Shown piece after piece: positions 1 through 12,300 of a stretch of 64,000 nt of DNA; the first letter of the stretch is position 1, and every line of letters begins with the position of its first letter. The stretch is from Takakia lepidozioides (Eukaryota; Plantae; Bryophyta), in NCBI GenBank assembly GCA_030704615.1, contig CM060731.1, forward strand, positions 39,556,001-39,620,000, given 5' to 3'. The notes under the pieces are model-generated. The model saw only the letters and a list, made by a program, of their open reading frames with translations. It made no database searches and had not been told where the DNA came from. Made by a program: the position numbers and the translations under genes.

Positions 1-1167
1 CTTGGAATCAAGAGAGTAAGCATGACAAAGAACTTCTTTATAGTGAGTCAAGGAGGTAGGTTGTATACCAGCGTCAACACTGGCCATGTTGACCAACAAT
101 TGTTCTTATCACCAAACGGGTTGACTCCATCGAAGGAAAAACCAAGCCTTACATTGCGAGGCTCTGCTGCAAAGTCGGGCCAAGTAGCATCAATGTGTTT
201 CTAAGCCTTTGAATCAGCTGCATGGCGCACAAGGCCATCGTTGCTTGCATTCCAAATGTGTCATGTCATTAATTCTGCAATAGAAGAACATCTATACATA
301 CGCAAAAGGCGTGGTATCAATGGAAAATGGCGAAGCACCTTAACAGGTACCCTGGATCTCTCCAGATTTTTGAATCGGGCGCTTTGACACTTGGGGCAAC
401 TCTCTGAAGTTTTCAAGTCCCCCCTAAACAACACACACCAAGCATCGATCTTCTCATAAGCAAGCCCAAGCTTGCTCACCATGGTCTTTGCATGGTAGAA
501 AGATGTGAGTAGTACGTTTGGTTGTGGCAACAAGGTTTTCTGTAGCAAAAAGAACATTTCATCCGCAAAGCCATTTGTAACCCCATGTGTTGCGCATAGA
601 TTCATTATAAGCATGGTGGATGCAAGCTTAGAGGATTTTACAGCCTTCATACAAAGGTAGACATGCCTCTTCCAATGAGATGGGATCATCAGTGTGAGAG
701 TCCCCACCCGCAACCGGGTCATGGGCTAAGGAAAGGATGTTCGTGTCACCGGGAACATCTAGGTCATCTAATTCCACTTCTGCCCCATTTCCAGTTTCAG
801 GTGTGTCTATGATCTGAAAGGTCTCTTGGATCATGCGCTGTACCTCAACATTTCTGTCCAATTCTCCATGTGTCCGATGATTTGCTAAAGCTACGTCGTC
901 ACCAACCACCACGACCGTGTCTTCCCATTCATCGTCAGAAGCATGCCTCATTGCTCCTCTCCAGGATCTGAACGCAGGGGATCTATGATTGGCCATTAGA
1001 AGTTTTCTCACTCTCCCTATAGAGACCGGTCGTCCACCCTTACAATGATTGCAAGGGCATCTTAACTTGTTGAGACCATACTCTCGATACCGCGCAACCT
1101 CACGCTGAAAAAGAGCATCGTCGCGCTGTTGTAATCTCAGCACGACAGCTGCTCTGTCAGGCTCCAT
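1..1167 (-). pseudogene. CACTA TnpD/TNP2-type transposase, N-terminal part (transposase-associated domain plus Transposase_21), disrupted
   Basis: LRCPCNHC motif; KLGLAYEKIDA..CVLFRG..CPKC..RF; LRHFPLIPRLLRMY; downstream WPDFAAEPRNVRLG..DGVNPF..STWPV...YNLPP; frameshift near 650 and in-frame stops. Confidence 0.9.
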
Positions 1168-3044
1168 GATGCTAAGGAATTCCTTTCCTGGTATGAGGGG
1201 AGAATCAAGATTAATATACCAAGTCCTTAAAAAGCAAGAATTTCAACAATCTACTATACATCTCTACTCATAGAGTTGTAAGGTACCACTTTCTGAGTGG
1301 TTGTTTCACACCTCATATTTCAACTTTACAACTACAAAAAGAGTGAGTATGACTATGACAGTGCAGAAAATGGAAAAAGTTGCCTCTTGTCATCTACAAA
1401 CCACCTTCTTAGTAATATTCAGAGTGGATTGAATCACTACGTGATGACCTAGCAGACCCTACTTCTTGGTACAAGCTATAGTGCTTTAAGATAGGATGTC
1501 TTGAAGGTTGTGAGCAGTAGCCCAGCCCATCATATGCATTTGTAGTTAGCACGAAGCCGTTAGCCCGTCTGTTGTCATGTGCTTATATCTACAGCCTCCT
1601 CCATCGCTCAATCTGAATGTGCACTTGCAGGGTTTAGTTAGGCTCAGTCTCTTTTCAATTTTGCTGAAGGGAGAGTGCAGGTTCTATGGCAAAGAGTGAA
1701 CGCAACCCAAAACATTTGAACGACGATGGTACTGGAGGCGATTTGGCAAGAGCACCTGGTTCAGCAGAGAGCGAAAGTGGAGGAGAAGAGGAGTCACTTA
1801 CCCCAGGAGAATGCGAAGGGATGGTGGAATATGAACGGTATCGTGCTATCAGGGTAGCTGAAAACAAAGCTTGGTTGTTGGATTGGAGCTCCAAGGGCAC
1901 TGCACTGTAAGTCGAAGCTGTCTCCCTGCTCGAATATTGTTCATGCGATGATTCCTTCCCTCCTTCATTGCATTGTTCCCTCCTTCCCTGCACTTGCAAT
2001 ACGATCGCAGCACACCTGAGCCGAGAGATGGCCTCATTTGCGTTGCTTCCACGCCAGACTTACGTCTGTTTCATGAAAGGTAGTTGAGGTCCCAAGAGCC
2101 CCTAGAAGACTGGCATGTCAGCAGGATATAGTGGTTATGGACACTAGTGTAGTGGTTAATATGTACCCTAATTTGTTTTTAAAAAAAAAACGACGTGTCC
2201 ACATCCCATCTCCGCCATTGGATGGACGTGGACCATCGGATGCAACCCGGCACTTGGACAACCTCATGTCTCTCACGCGAGCGTACTAAGTGTGTGTGCT
2301 TCGCTTTTTGAGCTTCATGGGCTTGTGAGGGCGTTTTGTTGTGAGTAGAGAGAAAGAGAGACCCCCGCGTACTGCCCGTTATTTGTGGAACGGCCCAGTG
2401 CAAACACTAGAAGAGAAACTGGCTTTTGCCACGGTTTTTTCCACATTTTTTGCTGTGGAATCAGCCGCAGTCCACACCTGCCGTGGGTGTAAGAAACGAC
2501 TAGTGCTTTCGGACATCCCGTGGACGGTCTGGCTCTCGGGTGGCCCTGTGGAAAAGTCCACGGGTGGCTTTTTCCACGGAAGGCTTTTTTCACGGGGTGC
2601 ATGGTGACATGGCCGCTGACATGGCCGATGGCATAGCTGACATGGCAGAGTGTGAAAAAGGCCAGTGTGGCATGCTTCACGGCGGATTTCACACCTTGAA
2701 CAAGCCACTATGCGACACGTGTCATATTTCACACCTTCGACAAGTCACTATGCAACACGTGTTCGTTCCTGTGTGGTGGTACGCATTAATTAATTATTAA
2801 TGGATTTCCAATATTAAGTTTGAATATTAATGGATTTAATTTATTGTTATTATTTTTATTATTATAGGGAAAATGGACAGTGGCCTTGATGAGAACATTA
2901 TTAAATAACAAAATATTGAAATTATGTTTTTAAAAACTGTATTTATTCGCTCAGATACCAAAACACACCTTTTGCAGGGAAGGAGAGTTTGCCTTAGTGT
3001 CTATGTTGAGTTGCGTCTCCTACTCTCTGTAATCTAATAGGCAT

Positions 3045-3280
3045 TCACCTTTTTCCCTCGGTTGTCCCACCCTTGACTGGGGTCAGAAAAGCATTCATTC
3101 CACAGCTTGTCCTCATCTCTGTTACATGTTTCTGGATACTTTCCTATTGTCACTTTGGCAGTATCATGTCAAAATCACTCCAAACTATGTACCATCTACC
3201 CATGCAGGTTTCTTGTAGCTATCCTTCCACAGGGAATCATAAGTAATCTGGAGCTTGAAATCCGGCCCTCTTGGATGACA
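3045..3280 (-). pseudogene. Captured fragments of an OSB-like PDF motif
   Basis: Minus strand gives HPRGPDFKLQITYDSLWKDSYKKPAW and RDEDKLWNECFSDPSQGWDNRGKK, each followed by a GT donor. Confidence 0.7.
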
Positions 3281-3424
3281 CTCTATCCCTGCTCCTTCAG
3301 CTATCCATGCCTCTGCACAGATCATGCATACATCCTTGCATTGTTGTTAGCAGCTGACAATGGCAGCCTAGATTTGTTCCAGCAAGCACTCACACCAGTT
3401 CCTATTCTCAATTACATTTACCAC

Positions 3425-3500
3425 TCTGTAGAGGGGAGAGGGTACATCCTTGAGCTGCACCTTGGTCTATGTCCAAGAAGTTGGACTTCTGTCCCCTGGG
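3425..3500 (-). pseudogene. Short LINE RT fragment, same family as 7852-9386
   Basis: GQKSNFLDIDQGAAQGCTLSPL is nearly identical to GQKSNFFDIDQGVAQGCTLSPL at about 7874-7940. Confidence 0.75.
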
Positions 3501-4249
3501 AGATTCAATGAGCCGCTTCACCATGGTCGCTTGTAGTTGGATATCACTTGAGACGAAGTGGGGAGGGTATAGGGCATGTAACCTGACCTGCATTCTGGTG
3601 TTTTCATAATGTGAGAGTCCTTGGTCTGTCATTGTTGTGGATGTTTTGAGATGGGGAGCAGCAACCTGTTGTCTTAAGCATAGCGGAAATGTACATATAT
3701 TGTTAGTGCTCATAATCATAAGTCCGAGTTCCTGTATGGTGTGGCAGGCGCATGTGCCTTAGGGTGCATAGGTCGGAGACATAGAACGTTGTCAGCATGG
3801 TTATAGTAATTACTGGTACAACAATTGATAACATGCGCCATTTGGTAAGTAGACTTCAAATAAGTATGTAAAAATAAAGTGTTGATCCAAGAACCGGGGC
3901 ATGTATATCTAAATACATTTCATAGGATGGAAGTGAGATAACGAAATCATAGAACAAGACAACATAAAGAGCATGTACAGATATCCTTGGATTTTTATCA
4001 AATAGAGGGGGGAGTGTGGCATGTACATTTGGAAAGCGGGCATGTGCATGAGACTAAAATGATCAGAAGTATACTGTTGATCCAAGAACAGGGGCATGTG
4101 CCATTGAGTATACATCATAAACAGAAGGTGAAGTAAAGAGGTCACAATACCAGACACCATCCGAAGAAAGAGACCAGGTACAGAGGTTGGGCAGCCTGAA
4201 TCTGTGAAGTTGAGAGTCCCAAGCAACATCAAAGCCCACCCACCATATA

Positions 4250-5390
4250 TACTCAACCCCAGTCGATCAACCTTAGTTGGTAGGGAAAAAGAATGGCAGC
4301 CCACTCGCCAATGCTTCCATACCCCGGGGTGCTTAGTTTGTCAAACTCGGAGTTGAGGGAAAAACTACCAGCCAACGCGTGGGTGAAATTTGACGGAGCA
4401 ACAGATTGGCCATAACCTGCACACATCTTCATACGCCCAATACATGCAGTGGCGCAGGGAGAAACAACCTCCTCAAAGAGACCATGACACAGCTTAGTTA
4501 ATTTGAAACCCTGATAGGTGAGAGCTTGTGCATTGCGTTGTGCCTCCACTGGTCTAGCTAGCATATGGGGCAGCCTGATGGCATGAGATCAGCCTAAGCC
4601 TGAATGGTTTCGGTGTCTTTGCCTTTTCCCAGTTCTCCTTGTCTACATGGAATGTGCTAGATCTCACTGATTGCAGAAGTTGGAGTTCATGCAATAATAC
4701 AACATCAATGCTGATCCCTTCTCTTTGTATCAGGGATTGAGTTTCCTGCATCACCCCAAGGGCCTCATTAGAAGGCGTGAGATGCCATTCCGTGTTGACA
4801 GTGCCCCATAGCATCATCAACCACAGAGCCTGAAGAAATTTTAAGACTGCCTCCTGATGACACCCAGCCTTTTCCAGCAATTTGCCAGCATTCGTCAGGG
4901 ATTCAAGCCGCTTGCAACCCTTGTGTTCACATGTTGTCTCTGAGATGATCAGATTATGGCCACCAAAAGGTGTTTGAGAGGGTTGATCAATGAGAATGTA
5001 AGCCCAGATTTGTGGCGTTCTTTCTTGAGAGTTAGTGTGATACCGTTCAAAGATCTGGCTAATGTCGCCGAGGTTGGCCTGGCCCATAACAACTTGGAGA
5101 TAGTGGCACAGTCGATGCTCCTCATTGGCTCGTAGGGTTGACTAAAAACAGATATGTCCTTACCCACGCAATGTTGCCGCAAGATCTGAAAGCAACGCTT
5201 GAATTTGTCCTTGACAAATTTGGTTCTGGGAGTGGATTGTAGAGCATAATGGGCTTGGAATCCACAAGCTGCAGACATGCTTGAAAATCTATGACTGAGT
5301 TGGTGGTACTGCCACAACATAGCCCTTGGTCAGGTACACCCAAGGGTTCCCTGCAACCAGAAAGCAAACGAACAGACTGTCAGAAACTGA
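4250..5390 (-). pseudogene. Captured frameshifted host-gene fragment, possibly the helical/TPR region of a plant UvrD-like (TRANK1-like) helicase
   Basis: Overlapping ORFs 4554-5087, 4949-5320 and 4253-4564; AGKLLEKAGCHQEAVLKFLQALWLMMLWG resembles, from memory, a conserved segment of that family. Confidence 0.3.
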
Positions 5391-5499
5391 GGAGAACCTT
5401 GTATAAGAACAGATTGAAGCACTCATCTTACAAGTTTGTGACCATTTTCTCTTGCCTATAAAGTTACGCTCTGTAATGTAGACATATTCCCAGTTCCTA

Positions 5500-6450
5500 C
5501 TACCTTTTAGTACCTACGCTCTCATGTCTGTGCCATCCAAAGCTTGCTTCATGCCTCACTCTATCATTACAGCTCTGTCTATTTTTCCATTGGGAATCAC
5601 TTCCCGCATCATTGCTCATAGGTCTCCAAAGCCTCCATCCGCACCCTTGCTGTGCATATCTTGCAATCATCGCACTCCACGACACCACATCTCGTTCAGC
5701 CATACTATCGAACACTTCCTTTGCATCCTTGATGCACCCATATTTGGCATAAATGTAGTCCACCAGGGCAGTGTTCAGAATGACATCGGGTACAACATGG
5801 TACTAACAATCCCACATTTGTAGGATGGACAAACTTCTTTACATCCTACATTAAGAAAAAACCACACCTTGCGATTGCGATTGTCCCACCATCGTGAAGA
5901 AACTCATGCCAGTTCTGCTCCGTGCTACAAATTCAGGGCCGAGTCTGATGAGAGGGCAAAACAGGCTGAAATAGGTCGAAGAAGAAAGTGCCCTCACCAC
6001 ATTGCCCTCGACCTTGTGTCATGACCCATGGAGGATTTGACTTACCATGAACCCAAGAGGACCTCTTGTGTCTGCTGCTTGTGTCTGTAGTCTGGCAATG
6101 TCGGATTGGTCAATGAGAACCACCACGGTGCAGTTGAGCGGGCAGAGATTGAAACACATCATGCGTTAGGGTTCAACCTGTTTGGCATAATTTCCTCATA
6201 TGTCTCCAAAGCCTTTGTACCACACTGCGATCATTGCATTCCACGGCACGACATCTTGGCAGCCATTTCGTCGAACACACCCTTCGCATCCTTGGAAAAC
6301 TCATGGTTGTTGTCCCACCATCGTGAAGGGTAAAACTCATGCCAACTCTGCTCCGTGCTGCAAATTCAGGGCCGAGTCTGATGAGAGGGCAAAACATGCT
6401 GAAATAGGTCGAAGAAGAATGTGCCCTCACCACATTGGCCTTGAGTTTCT
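5500..6450 (-). pseudogene. Captured PLS-class PPR fragments with WWDN(R) motifs
   Basis: YAKYGCIKDAKEVFDSMAERDVVSWSAMIARYAQQG; SRWWDNRNRK and SRWWDNNHEFSKDAKGVFDEM; duplicated segment of about 130 bp (5880-6010 and 6310-6440). Confidence 0.85.
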
Positions 6451-7851
6451 GCTATCACGATGCTTGGCACTAAGAAAGACTGGACCCCAAAAAACGCTAA
6501 GTCCCAGCCCTGCACATCGCGACCTAGCAGCCCTAAATTCGAGCCAACTTTTGAAGTTTTTGAATGTTTTGCAACCTAACATTATATAAAATAATTATAT
6601 GGTCCATGTAATTATGTGAAGGTATTTTTAGCTATATATATATGTTAGGGTGCAAAACGTATATATATAACAAGGTACAAAGCCCCTGGTTAATTTATTT
6701 ACTGGGTAAGGTTCATAGTCATGAAATGAGTAGTTAAAACAACTATTTCTATCTAATACTGATTTATATATTTCAATTTACATGAACTTAAAATATAATT
6801 GTGGAGTTGCTAATGAAGTTGTTGAAACCACTTACAATTTAAAATAAATCACCTTGTATAGAAACTCACCATGCTACCCACCTAGACCTGGGTTTCCTTT
6901 TTGGTCTCTTGTTAAAATTCTATATATTTTTTCGAAATATTATGGTTTTTTCTTTGATGTGTGAGATGACAAAGTCCAAGCATGTCACATAAACAAGGAG
7001 TTCAACGTAAGGATGATGCAAGTGATTTGTGGTAAAAAATGTAAATCATGCCTATGCTTGTTTGTCCTAGTTGTGTCATAGGTTGCAACGGAACAGGGCC
7101 AACTTTGAATGTGATCCCCATGCTCATTTCACCAAGGGCATTATAGACTTCATAATGTAGAGATTGAAAATGGGGTGTAGCAGGGGGTGATTCTTCGCTT
7201 GCTAGTAGCTCATCGTGCAGATTTCTAAACATGAACATGAAACTCATGATCATTTTCCAAGGGCATCATTCTCAAACTCCCCATACACCACAATGTGGAA
7301 ATTCTATGGTCCCATTTCACACATGTGTGTAACATGCCATGTAAACTAAGCCAACTCCCGCCACACTCATGGCTGTTTTCACACCGTTCTTGCCTCGGGT
7401 GCGGATCATATGTGAGATACCCCACAGTTAGGGCATATTTTGACCCACACCTTGGCTCACTCTACAGACCCGTGATAAAAGCCGTGGAATATGCCAGGTG
7501 TGAGATGGCAGAGCCGTGGAAAAAGCCGGTTTCTCTTCTAGTGGAAGGAGTACTCGTTTGAGGGAGAGGAGTCATGTTCACATGGGGGTGGCGTAGAAGG
7601 AGTCCAACGACTTGGAGACCAACCCGGGGGAGGATAGTGGAGCGACTCCCAGTGCTGACTACTCAGCAGAGAGTAAGAGCACGGACGAGGAAGAAGACCA
7701 GAGTGCTGAGAAGATCGTCGTTCGCATGACTCCTTCCAAGCGGCCCTTAAGGACATCCACCCCAACCAAGGAGGGTAACAAGCTGGCGGTGGGATCCCTA
7801 AGACCCCTTCTGTCTCTGTCTCTATCTCTCTCTCTCTCTCACCCTTAGTTC

Positions 7852-9386
7852 ACAAAGCTGTGTCACTGTTAACGGACAGAAGTCCAACTTCTTTGACATA
7901 GACCAAGGTGTAGCTCAAGGATGTACTCTCTCCCCTCTGATCTTCAATGTTTTCATCAATCAACTCCTCGAGGATGTGGAAAGTGAGGAATTTAGGGTTA
8001 AGGGTGGGTGATACCACCATACCAGCCCTTATGTTTGCGAATGGCTTCGCAGGCATAGGAGAGACTCCAACCAATCTCCAGGAGTTGATTGATTGCGCGA
8101 AGAGATACTTTGATCTTTGGGGGCTAGAGGCTAATGTCAGCAAATGTGTAGTGGTAGCATTCAACGACAGAGGAGAGGGAGGAAGTGATCTTAAGTGGTA
8201 GTGGGATACCCAAGAGATCCCGGTCCACCCTAAACCCTACACTTACCTGGGCGTTCAGTTTTCCTCCAATTGTAATTGGGATGCACATATCCGGAAAGTT
8301 GTTCAAACTGGCAAAGGCAAAGGTATGGGGCTCACTAAATTTTTCCACTGCATAGGGGTCAACTCCGAGGTTTAGAAAACCATGCTTTGTCGCGTTATTA
8401 GACCTGCATGGAAGTACGAATCTGCTATATGGGTTGATAACTCCAGCCAGGCTAAGTCTGTAGAATCCATTCAAGTGGGGGTACTTAAGGAGTGTATGTC
8501 AGCATGCTCCAAAACAGCCAATGTGGCTGTTCGGGGTGAGTTTGGCATTCCGTCCTTAAGCTCCCGACGACATGAATTCAAGGTCAGATGGTGGGGTCAG
8601 CTGCAACATATGCCCAAGACCAGATATCCTAAGTTAATCGACTCTATATCTTGGAAACAGGACCGCCCTGTCAAACATGCTAAGTCCTGGTAGAAGAGAG
8701 TAGAAGAGATTCTCAAGGACCTGGACCTGGATCCGCAAGTCTTGACCCTGCTGGATAAATCTGACTTAGAGGCTGTAGTGTCCAAAGCCATGTCTGTTGC
8801 CATGAGATTGTCTGATGAAAATGAAGTTAGGCAGAAAACTTCCCTGAACTTGTTTCCAGTCAGTGACATGGGGGAGGACATCTTGGATGACCTCAAGGGT
8901 CTACCCACTCTCGGCACTAGACTGAAATTTAAACTCAGGGCAGGAAGCCTACCTTTGAACAGCTAACAGAAGCAGAGAGGAAAGGGAGAGTGCAATTGTC
9001 CGTTGTGTGGGCAATCTGAAGACAATATTCATTTTCTGATACACTGTCCGGGGTTCTCACACCAAAGAGACGCTCTCTTCAATTCTATCAAGGGAATTGT
9101 GCATGTACCCCTGTTTACCAACTTTGAAAGTCTCGAGGCTGAGCCAATTGCCCAGGCCCTCCTAAGGCCTAGTTTTTGGGCAAATCACACACAGCAGATT
9201 GATGCTTGTGTGAAGGGATTTCTAGAGGATATCTGGAAAACCCGGATTAATTCTTTATATGAAGGTAAGTCTTACTACCAACATCAGCCCCTGACAGAGG
9301 TAGGTTCTGTTCCTTTTGTTCCCGCTCAAACTGGGCGCGGGGTCAATGGCCACAAGGCTACGGCAAACAACATCTTATGAGTACAA
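7852..9386 (+). mobile_element. 5'-truncated LINE (RT C-terminal half plus CCHC finger; RTE/RTEX/L2-like, clade uncertain)
   Basis: QGCTLSPLIF, FANG (degenerate YADD), YLGV, CPLC....NIHFLIHC; 15-bp TSD TCTCACCC(T/C)TAGTTC at 7837-7851 and 9387-9401. Confidence 0.9.
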
Positions 9387-12300
9387 TCTCACCCCTAGTT
9401 CCTCTCAGATTGTGGAAGCAATTGAGCAAGGGTTTAGGCTCCCAGTCAATTGGAGGTGCACAGGTAAATGGCGTGTGGGTAATTTTTTTTTTTTGCATTC
9501 ATTTTGCTGGAGCAGTAGCCAGGCCATGCGGGCTGATAATGTGTCTTTCTTTGGCTGTATAGGGAGGGGGCAGTGCGATGCAGTCTCGACTGTCGTCCCT
9601 TGAGGGCAGTGTGCTTGCCTTGGCAGACGTTCAGATCCCGACGATTGAGGGCGAATTGGCCACTATAAAAGCAGAAGTTGCTAAGGCTTCTGCGGACAAT
9701 AGCAAAAAACTGGATGCATTGATGGCAATGATGTTGGGAATGTCAGCAACCGCCCCTCCTCCAACTACTATCCCAATATGTACTGTTATTGAACCTTGCG
9801 ATTCCGACGCAGGCTTGGGAGGCAAGACTGCTACGGAGAAGGTGGTTTGTGCACCTTCACCCCAACTTATTTTTGTGGTTGTCATCCATTCAGTGTTAGT
9901 TGACTTTGAAGTTTACTGCTCTGGTATGTTTTGCTTGGGTGCAGGGAGAACCTCTTGAGGTTGGGGAAAGACAAAGTTGTCTGCCATTGAGGACCTTGTG
10001 GTGACCCAAGTAAAATTGGGGCGCAAGGGAATTCCTAATAAATTGCCACGTAAGAAGGGAGGTGGAGCTGGCGGGACAACACTATTGGCTGCTGGTGATG
10101 ACATCTGCTCCACCGAGAGTGCTGGTAAGGGTGACAGTAGGGGGTTGGCAGATCAGTATGTGAAGCCAACTTCCCCACAGAAAGAGGTACGCCCTCAAAG
10201 ACTTTGTCTTGGTTCCTGTCCTTGGGCTTTCTGTTTTTGACTCTGAAAATATTTCATGAATGATCTATTTATTGGTGTGTGCCATGAATTCTATGCATCA
10301 GGTATGATAAGACGTACTCATGTACTATACCTTGTTGTTTTGTTGGCATGTAGAAGGGGACTAAAGCAGAGGACCCTGCCCCAGCCATCGTGAAGGGAGC
10401 TGAGAAGAAGTACATGCGGAAAGGAGAGCGTGTAACCAGAGCCACTGCTGCCAAAGGCACAAAGTCCTTGACTGATGCAAATGGTGACATAACACCAAGT
10501 TCTAGCGAGAGTAAGAGTCAGGTGGGCCTTCAGGAGGCACCTCTCCATGCAGCAGTTTTCGTACTAGAGGTGAGCATGCATGCACCTGTTGGCTATCGGT
10601 TCTGTACAATGTGGCCATTTACATGTTGGGTACTTCAAACTATTAGTAGATGCATTGCTAAATGAAACTGCTAAGGGGTGTTGGGCGTGATGTGTGCAGG
10701 CTGAGAAAGCCGCTCTTGGTGCCTTCAAAGGCAACCCCCAAATATCAACCCCCGGCCACAGTGGCAGATATTCTTATGCTACCAAAAGTACTCTACACTT
10801 TCAGTGATTGCTTATACTGGGCGGTCCTCATTATCTAGTTTTCAATGTACATGTATGTCTTCATGGGTTGATTAATGTGGGTTTTATGGTGGGTGTTGTG
10901 TGCAGTTTAAGTTGAAGGACAAAATCAGCCTGTATGATCCTCATTTACCACGACACAGGGCTGCCAGTGGAATTGTCACTGGTGTGCCTGGCAAAGATAC
11001 ATATCACTGCCGTGTTATACTTGAGGGATTGTGGCGGGTTGAGGTAAATGATATCTATATTGCCAATTGTGTCTTGCCTCACCCTAACGAGGAAGAGGTC
11101 CCACCGCAAACAATGTTGGAGGATGTCGTTGGTCTCAATTGTCTTTGGCCAGAGAAGAACATGAAGAGGGCTTAGATTTCGTTCGCCCAGGCATAGACAT
11201 TGCTGGCAGTGAGAAGAAGGCATGAAAGCAGTTCAGTGTTCCTAGCATGCATGCGGAGACGCCGTGTACAAGTTAGGCTTAGTGCTTTTATCATGGCTGG
11301 ATTTTGTTGACAGTGTTCCAGCACTTAACTCTCTGGGATTGTAGTCTATTTTGTGGAGCTTGAATCCCCAATGGTATTTCTTTAAACACTACACTAGTGG
11401 TATGTGTTCCTCTAGTCATGTTCATAATCACTTGCACATCACTGTAATAGTGGTATAATTTAAAACTGTGGGAGTAGCCAAATGCACACAATTGCCTACA
11501 TTACCACTTGTATAGTGGTATAAGTAGTCACATATATATTACTGTACTAGTGGTATGAATTCCTCCGGTGGTATTCCTAATCACTTACACATCACTCTGT
11601 TAGTAATGACTCCAATCCATAGTTCCCACTCAGAGAGACACCATGAATGACTCAAATAGCTTACACACCACTCTGTGGGTAATCATTCCAATGACCTGCT
11701 GAGAGACGTCATCCACTCACATAACCACTCTGTGAGTGATATTGTATATTCTCAATTTTCATAGAATGATTCTATGAGTCATTTTGTGGTCACTCAACAA
11801 GTGGTTTCGGAAGTCATTGAATGTTTCACTCCATCCATTTCGTAGCACTGACACACGACACGTGTCCATGCTGAGAGTGTCGCCACGTGTCGACATAATC
11901 TCCAATATCATCCACGGACCACCGGATTACACGTCTCCACTACAAACCGGAAGTGGTTACTTTACCACTATGACACGTCAGTTTACCACTGTGACACGTC
12001 ATAAGTGGTTGGTTTACCTCAGTGACACGTCAGCTAACAGGTGGACCCGGACGTGAGTGGTTCAAACCACTGTCCTTAACCACCGGTGCCACGTAATGAC
12101 TTTTACCACTCACTTGTCCTAATGCACTGGTTCTTCATCACTCTGGGGCCAGAGTGGTTTAGTGTCTTTTACCACTCAAAGTGAGTGGTTAACAGAGTGG
12201 TTATTCCACGTTTTTCTTCTAGTGTTTCTTGGTCAAATCATAGTTAGACTTCATCTTCTTCAAAGGCACACTGTCTTGCAAATCTGGTGCCTCTTCCTCA

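Larger units (their letters stand above)
2405..7543. mobile_element. Non-autonomous Pack-type CACTA element carrying host gene fragments
   Basis: About 30-bp TIRs CACTAGAAGAGAAACTGGCTTTTGCCACGG (2405) and CCGTGGAAAAAGCCGGTTTCTCTTCTAGTG (ends 7543); flanks AAA/GAA (3-bp TSD with 1 mismatch); subterminal CCACGG/CCGTG and CACAC repeats; no transposase inside. Confidence 0.88.
1631..11175 (+). pseudogene. Multi-exon CACTA TnpA/TNP1-like gene, interrupted by a Pack-CACTA and a LINE
   Basis: Exon-like pieces, mostly bounded by AG/GT (about 1631-1906, 7544-7775, 9409-9462, 9562-9841, 9944-10186, 10354-10569, 10906-11175); YERYRAIRVAENK motif; last exon ASGIVTG..YHCR...VEV....LPHP....TMLEDVVG...LWP resembles the En/Spm TNP1 C-terminal domain. 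Confidence 0.55.
1..12224. mobile_element. CACTA (En/Spm) DNA transposon, left end outside the window; hosts nested insertions
   Basis: Right end ...CCACGTTTTTCTTCTAGTG at 12224 (reverse complement CACTAGAAGAAAAACGTGG); dense ACCACT/AGTGGT subterminal repeats at about 11380-12220 and similar motifs at 1286-1440; TnpD-like and TnpA-like coding remnants inside. Confidence 0.75.
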
